A DNA stretch of 64,000 nt from Betaproteobacteria bacterium (GTDB lineage Bacteria > Pseudomonadota > Gammaproteobacteria > Burkholderiales > Burkholderiaceae_C). This document shows positions 59,690 through 64,000 of this stretch, piece by piece. The notes beneath the pieces were generated by a model. The model ran no database searches and was not told the origin of the DNA. It saw nothing but the letters and a program-made list of their open reading frames with translations. The translations under genes and the position numbers were made by a program. Each line of letters starts with the position of its first letter. Positions within the stretch are counted from its first letter, which is position 1. The stretch covers positions 3,807-67,806 of the forward strand of contig JANNUE010000078.1 in assembly GCA_031394895.1 (NCBI GenBank). Reading direction: 5' to 3'.

Positions 59690-61768
59690 ATGACATATTG
59701 TTTTTTTCGGCCTCAATCCAATGCCGCCCGCTTGCTGGTCATCAGCCTGCTTATGGCTGGCGCGGCAAGCTCCTACGCGCCCGACTTGCAGGCCCAGCCG
59801 GCCGGCGTAACCCGATCCGGCGAGCCGGTGACGCTGAACTTTACCAACGCAGAAATTGAAGCTGTGGCGCGCGCCATGGCCAACATCACCGGCTTCAACG
59901 TGGTGGTGGATCCGCGCGTCAAGGGCACGCTGACGCTGATCACCGAAAAGCCGGTTGGCCGGCGCGCCGCGATGGACCAGTTTCTGGCGGCGCTGCGGCT
60001 GCAGGGCTTCACGATGGTCGAATCCGCGGGCTTGTACAAGGTGGTGCCGGAGGCCGATGCCAAACTGCAAAGTGGCGCGGTGAGCGTCGCTGACGATGCC
60101 GCCCAGGGCGGCACCATGGGCAACCAGATCACGACCCAGATCTTCCGGCTCAACTTCGAGTCGGCGACCAGTATGGTGGCCGTGCTGCGTCCGCTGATCA
60201 GTCCAAACAACACGATCAACGCCAATCCGGGCACCAATTCGCTGGTGATCACCGACTATGCCGACAACCTGCGCCGCATCGCGCGCATCATTGCCGCGAT
60301 GGACGTCTCGAATGCCACCGACGTCGAAATCCTGCCGCTGAAGTACGCGATTGCCAGCGATCTGGCACCACTGGTATTGCGACTGGTCGAGTCGTCTGGC
60401 ACCGGCGCCGCCGCCGACGGCTCGTTCAAAACTACACTGGTCGCCGAGCCGCGCTCCAATACGCTGATTTTGCGCACCGCCAATCCGGCCCGCATGGCGC
60501 TGGTGCGCTCGCTGGTTGACAAGCTCGATCAGCCGCCCGCTGTCGGCGGCAATGGCGCGGCCGGCAACATCTACGTCGTTTATCTGAAGAATGCCGACGC
60601 CACCAAACTGGCGGCGACCTTGCGAGCTGCGCTCAGTGGCGAGGCGCGTCCGGCCATCAGCGCCGCGCCAACGGCGCCCGGTGCCGCTGCCGCCGCTGCC
60701 GCGCAGGCGCCGACTACCGGTGGCCAGATTCAGGCCGACGTCGCCACCAACGCGCTGATCATCACCGCACCGGAGCCGCAATACCGCCAGTTGCGCGCCG
60801 TCATCGACAAGCTCGATGCGCGGCGGGCCCAGGTGTTTGTCGAAAGCCTGATCGCCGAGGTCAGCGCCGACCGCGCGGCAGAATTCGGCATCCAGTGGCA
60901 GGGCGCACTGGGCAAATCGGGCGACGCCAATATCGGCTTGCTCGGCACCAACTTCGGCACCAGCATTGCCAACATCATCAAACTGTCAACCGCCGTCGCC
61001 AGCGGCACGCCGTCGCTGCCGCGCGGCGCCAATTTTGGTGTGGCGCACCAGACCGGTGGCGTCTATGTGCTGGGCTTTCTGGCGCGCTTTCTGGAAGACT
61101 CGGGTACCGGCAATGTGTTGTCAACGCCGAATCTGCTGACGCTCGACAATGAAGAAGCGAAGATCGTGATTGGTCAGAACGTGCCCTTTGTCACCGGCCA
61201 GTTCACCAACACCGGTGGCACCAGCGGCTCGGTCAATCCGTTTCAGACGATCGAGCGCAAGGACGTCGGGCTGACGCTCAAGGTTAAGCCGCAGATCAGC
61301 GAGAACGGCACCGTCAAGCTGACCATTTACCAGGAAGTGTCGAGCGTGGACGCGTCCACCAAGAACAGCACCAACGGCCCGACCACCAACAAGCGCACGA
61401 TTGAATCGAGTGTGCTGGTGGAAGACGGCGCCGTGGTGGTGCTCGGTGGCCTGCTGCAGGACGAATATTCCGGCAACCAGGAGAAGGTGCCGGGCCTGGG
61501 CGACGTGCCGTTTTTTGGCAACTTGTTCAAGAGCGAGTCGCGCACGCGCAAGAAGACCAATCTGATGGTGTTCCTGCGCCCGGTGGTGGTGCGCGACGCC
61601 GCGGCCACAGACCGCCTGTCGATGGACCGCTACGAGTTGATGCGCTCCGGCCAGAAAGAGGTGCAGCCGGCGCCGAGTCTGATGCTGCCGATCAACGAGG
61701 CGGCGCTGTTGCCGCCGCTGCCTGGTTCGGTGCCGGCAATGCCGTCGGCGCCAGCCAGACAACCCTGA
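59690..61768 (+). CDS. gspD: T2SS secretin
   Basis: [52 protein letters not shown]. Confidence 0.96.
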   Translation: MTYCFFRPQSNAARLLVISLLMAGAASSYAPDLQAQPAGVTRSGEPVTLNFTNAEIEAVARAMANITGFNVVVDPRVKGTLTLITEKPVGRRAAMDQFLAALRLQGFTMVESAGLYKVVPEADAKLQSGAVSVADDAAQGGTMGNQITTQIFRLNFESATSMVAVLRPLISPNNTINANPGTNSLVITDYADNLRRIARIIAAMDVSNATDVEILPLKYAIASDLAPLVLRLVESSGTGAAADGSFKTTLVAEPRSNTLILRTANPARMALVRSLVDKLDQPPAVGGNGAAGNIYVVYLKNADATKLAATLRAALSGEARPAISAAPTAPGAAAAAAAQAPTTGGQIQADVATNALIITAPEPQYRQLRAVIDKLDARRAQVFVESLIAEVSADRAAEFGIQWQGALGKSGDANIGLLGTNFGTSIANIIKLSTAVASGTPSLPRGANFGVAHQTGGVYVLGFLARFLEDSGTGNVLSTPNLLTLDNEEAKIVIGQNVPFVTGQFTNTGGTSGSVNPFQTIERKDVGLTLKVKPQISENGTVKLTIYQEVSSVDASTKNSTNGPTTNKRTIESSVLVEDGAVVVLGGLLQDEYSGNQEKVPGLGDVPFFGNLFKSESRTRKKTNLMVFLRPVVVRDAAATDRLSMDRYELMRSGQKEVQPAPSLMLPINEAALLPPLPGSVPAMPSAPARQP

Positions 61769-61785
61769 GCCGGGACCAGCTCGTC

Positions 61786-63174
61786 ATGCGCTACCCCTTG
61801 CCCTACGCGTTTGCCCGCACGCATCAACTGCTGCTGGAAGACGAAGCCGGGCAGCTGACCCTGTGCCTGCACCCCGAGTCGGGCGCCAGCGCGGTGAGCG
61901 AGGTGCTGCGCAAATACCCGGTGCAGCGCGTCGAGTCGCAGAGCGCGGCGCTGCTGATTCAGCGCATCAGTTCGGCCTATGCGCAGGGGGAGTCGAGCGC
62001 CGCCGCCGTCGTCAGCGAAGTCGAGAGCGATGCCGACCTCTCAAGGATGATGCAGGAGCTGCCAGCGATCGAGGACTTGCTGGAGACCTCGGACGACGCG
62101 CCCATCATCCGCATGCTCAACGCACTGCTGACGCAGGCCGCACGCGACGGCGCCAGCGACATCCATATCGAGCCGTATGAGCGCCACTCGAGCGTGCGCT
62201 TTCGCGTTGATGGCACCTTGCGCGAGGTGGTGCAACCGAACCGCGCGCTGCACGCGGCGCTGATTTCGCGCCTGAAGATCATGGCCGATCTGGACATTGC
62301 CGAGCGCCGCTTGCCGCAGGATGGCCGCATCTCGCTGCGCATTGGCACGCGCGCCGTCGATGTGCGCGTGAGCACACTGCCCAGCGCGCACGGCGAGCGC
62401 GCGGTGTTGCGCCTGCTCGATAAATCCGAGGGGCGCCTGAGCCTGGAAAGCTTGGGCATGCAGGGCGACGTGCTGGCGCGCTTCGAGAAGCTGGTGACGC
62501 AGCCGCACGGCATTGTGCTGGTGACCGGTCCCACCGGCTCCGGCAAGACCACCACGCTGTATGCGGCGCTGAGCCGGCTCGACGCAGGGCGCGCCAATAT
62601 CATGACGGTGGAAGACCCGATTGAATATGAGCTGGCAGGGGTTGGCCAAACTCAGGTCAACGCCAAGATCGAACTGACGTTTGCGAAAGCCTTGCGCGCC
62701 ATTTTGCGGCAGGACCCGGACATCATCATGATCGGCGAGATTCGCGACTTCGAGACCGCCCAGATTGCGATCCAGGCCTCGCTCACCGGCCTTCTTGTGC
62801 TGGCTACCTTGCACACCAACGACGCCGCCAGCGCCGTCACGCGTCTCACCGACATGGGGGTTGAGCCGTTCCTGCTGAGTTCCTCGCTGCTGGGCGTGCT
62901 GGCGCAGCGCCTGGTGCGCAAGCTGTGCATCCATTGCCACGGCAGCGGCTGCCAGCAATGCGGTCAGACCGGCTACTCGGGGCGCTCCGGCGTGTTCGAG
63001 TTGCTGGTCACCGACGACGCGATCCGCGCCCAGATCCACAACCGCGCCTCGGAGGCCGACATTCGCGCCGCCGCGCTGGCTGCCGGCATGACGTTGATGC
63101 GCGATGACGGTGAACGCCTGGTGCAAATGGGCCTGACCTCGCGCGAAGAACTGCTGCGGGTTACACGCGACTAG
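61786..63174 (+). CDS. gspE: T2SS ATPase
   Basis: [39 protein letters not shown], CxxC..CxxC. Confidence 0.97.
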   Translation: MRYPLPYAFARTHQLLLEDEAGQLTLCLHPESGASAVSEVLRKYPVQRVESQSAALLIQRISSAYAQGESSAAAVVSEVESDADLSRMMQELPAIEDLLETSDDAPIIRMLNALLTQAARDGASDIHIEPYERHSSVRFRVDGTLREVVQPNRALHAALISRLKIMADLDIAERRLPQDGRISLRIGTRAVDVRVSTLPSAHGERAVLRLLDKSEGRLSLESLGMQGDVLARFEKLVTQPHGIVLVTGPTGSGKTTTLYAALSRLDAGRANIMTVEDPIEYELAGVGQTQVNAKIELTFAKALRAILRQDPDIIMIGEIRDFETAQIAIQASLTGLLVLATLHTNDAASAVTRLTDMGVEPFLLSSSLLGVLAQRLVRKLCIHCHGSGCQQCGQTGYSGRSGVFELLVTDDAIRAQIHNRASEADIRAAALAAGMTLMRDDGERLVQMGLTSREELLRVTRD

Positions 63175-63178
63175 CGCG

Positions 63179-64000
63179 ATGCCGGTCTATTCCTTTGAAG
63201 CGCTGACCGAGCAGGGGCAATCCCGCAAAGGCGTGATCGAGGCCGACTCGGCCAAGGCCGCCCGCAGCATGCTACGCACCCAAAGCATGGTGCCGTTGAA
63301 AGTTGAACTGGTTGGTGCTGACACTGGACTGGTGCCCGGCAAGGACGGCCAATTGGCGGCTACCGGGCGGCGCCGGCGCCGCGTATTCAACGCGACCCGG
63401 CTCGGCATCTGGACGCGCCAGTTGGCCGGGCTGGTATCGGCCGGACTGCCATTGGAGCGGGCGCTGACCTCGCTGGCCGACGAGTCGGAGACCGAGCAGC
63501 AACACCACTTGCTGGCGTCGCTGCGCTCCGAGGTCAATGGCGGCTCCACGTTCGCCCGCGCACTGGCGCAGTACCCGCAGGAATTCTCCGGCATCTACTG
63601 CGCCGTGATTGGCGCCGGCGAGCAAAGTGGCAACCTGGGCCTGGTGCTGGAGCGCCTGGCCGATGACCTGGAGGAGCAGCAGGCACTTAAGGCGAAACTG
63701 GTTGGCGCCGCGCTGTACCCGGCGATCGTGACACTGGTGGCGATTGCGATCGTACTGTTCCTGGTCACCTACGTCGTGCCTCAAGTGGCCCATGTGTTTG
63801 CCAGCAGCAAGCGCGCGCTACCCCTTTTGACGGTGATCATGATCGGCATCAGCAGCTTTGTGCGAAGTTATGGCTGGCTGATGCTGCTGGCGGTCGTGTT
63901 CGGGGCCATTGCGGCGCGGCTGGCGCTGGCCAATGCCGTGTTGCACGAAAGGTTCGACGCGTTCTGGCTGACGCTGCCGATCCTGGGCAAACTGTCGCGC
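63179..64000 (+). CDS. gspF: T2SS inner-membrane platform protein F (partial, runs off window)
   Basis: MPVYSFEAL...G.IEADS, TRQLAGLVSAGLPLERAL, AGEQSGNL..VLERLAD, ALYP. Confidence 0.95.
   Translation, partial: MPVYSFEALTEQGQSRKGVIEADSAKAARSMLRTQSMVPLKVELVGADTGLVPGKDGQLAATGRRRRRVFNATRLGIWTRQLAGLVSAGLPLERALTSLADESETEQQHHLLASLRSEVNGGSTFARALAQYPQEFSGIYCAVIGAGEQSGNLGLVLERLADDLEEQQALKAKLVGAALYPAIVTLVAIAIVLFLVTYVVPQVAHVFASSKRALPLLTVIMIGISSFVRSYGWLMLLAVVFGAIAARLALANAVLHERFDAFWLTLPILGKLSR

Noticed and set aside
1-64000. CRISPR array, tRNA, rRNA, integrase or transposase
   Set aside because: No regularly spaced repeat-spacer series, cloverleaf, rRNA-like stretch or recombinase motif seen; the palindromic repeats are dispersed REPs

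Overview
GC-rich betaproteobacterial chromosome segment; gene content and order look like Comamonadaceae (Rhodoferax/Polaromonas-like, by inference). The core backbone carries htpG, glcB, argS-SPOR-dsbA-lptA-lptB-rpoN, pncC-pgpA-thiL-apaG-rpe and a type II secretion cluster (gspC, G-N, D, E, partial F). Accessory DNA interrupts it in several places: (1) a ccdAB toxin-antitoxin pair; (2) an HxlR/truncated-haemoglobin islet next to a relic of a type IIG restriction-modification gene; (3) a ~10.5 kb defence island (14067-24585) with type III R-M mod, a promoter + structured RNA + terminator + NYN ribonuclease cassette, type III res, an OLD-like ABC-ATPase/TOPRIM gene, a chimeric pseudogene and an RHH/PIN TA pair; (4) an lgm-like lipid A modification cluster interrupted by an AAA-DUF4143 gene with tandem operators; (5) a Tat-exported multicopper oxidase inside the T2SS operon, flanked by a duplicated gspK/gspL junction. 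rpoN carries a frameshift just before the RpoN box. Several CGTC- and GTAG-type REP palindromes occur. The best candidate for an undescribed system is the RNA+NYN module nested in the type III R-M operon, which has the layout of a type III (RNA-antitoxin) TA. All calls come from motif recognition by eye; no database searches were run.
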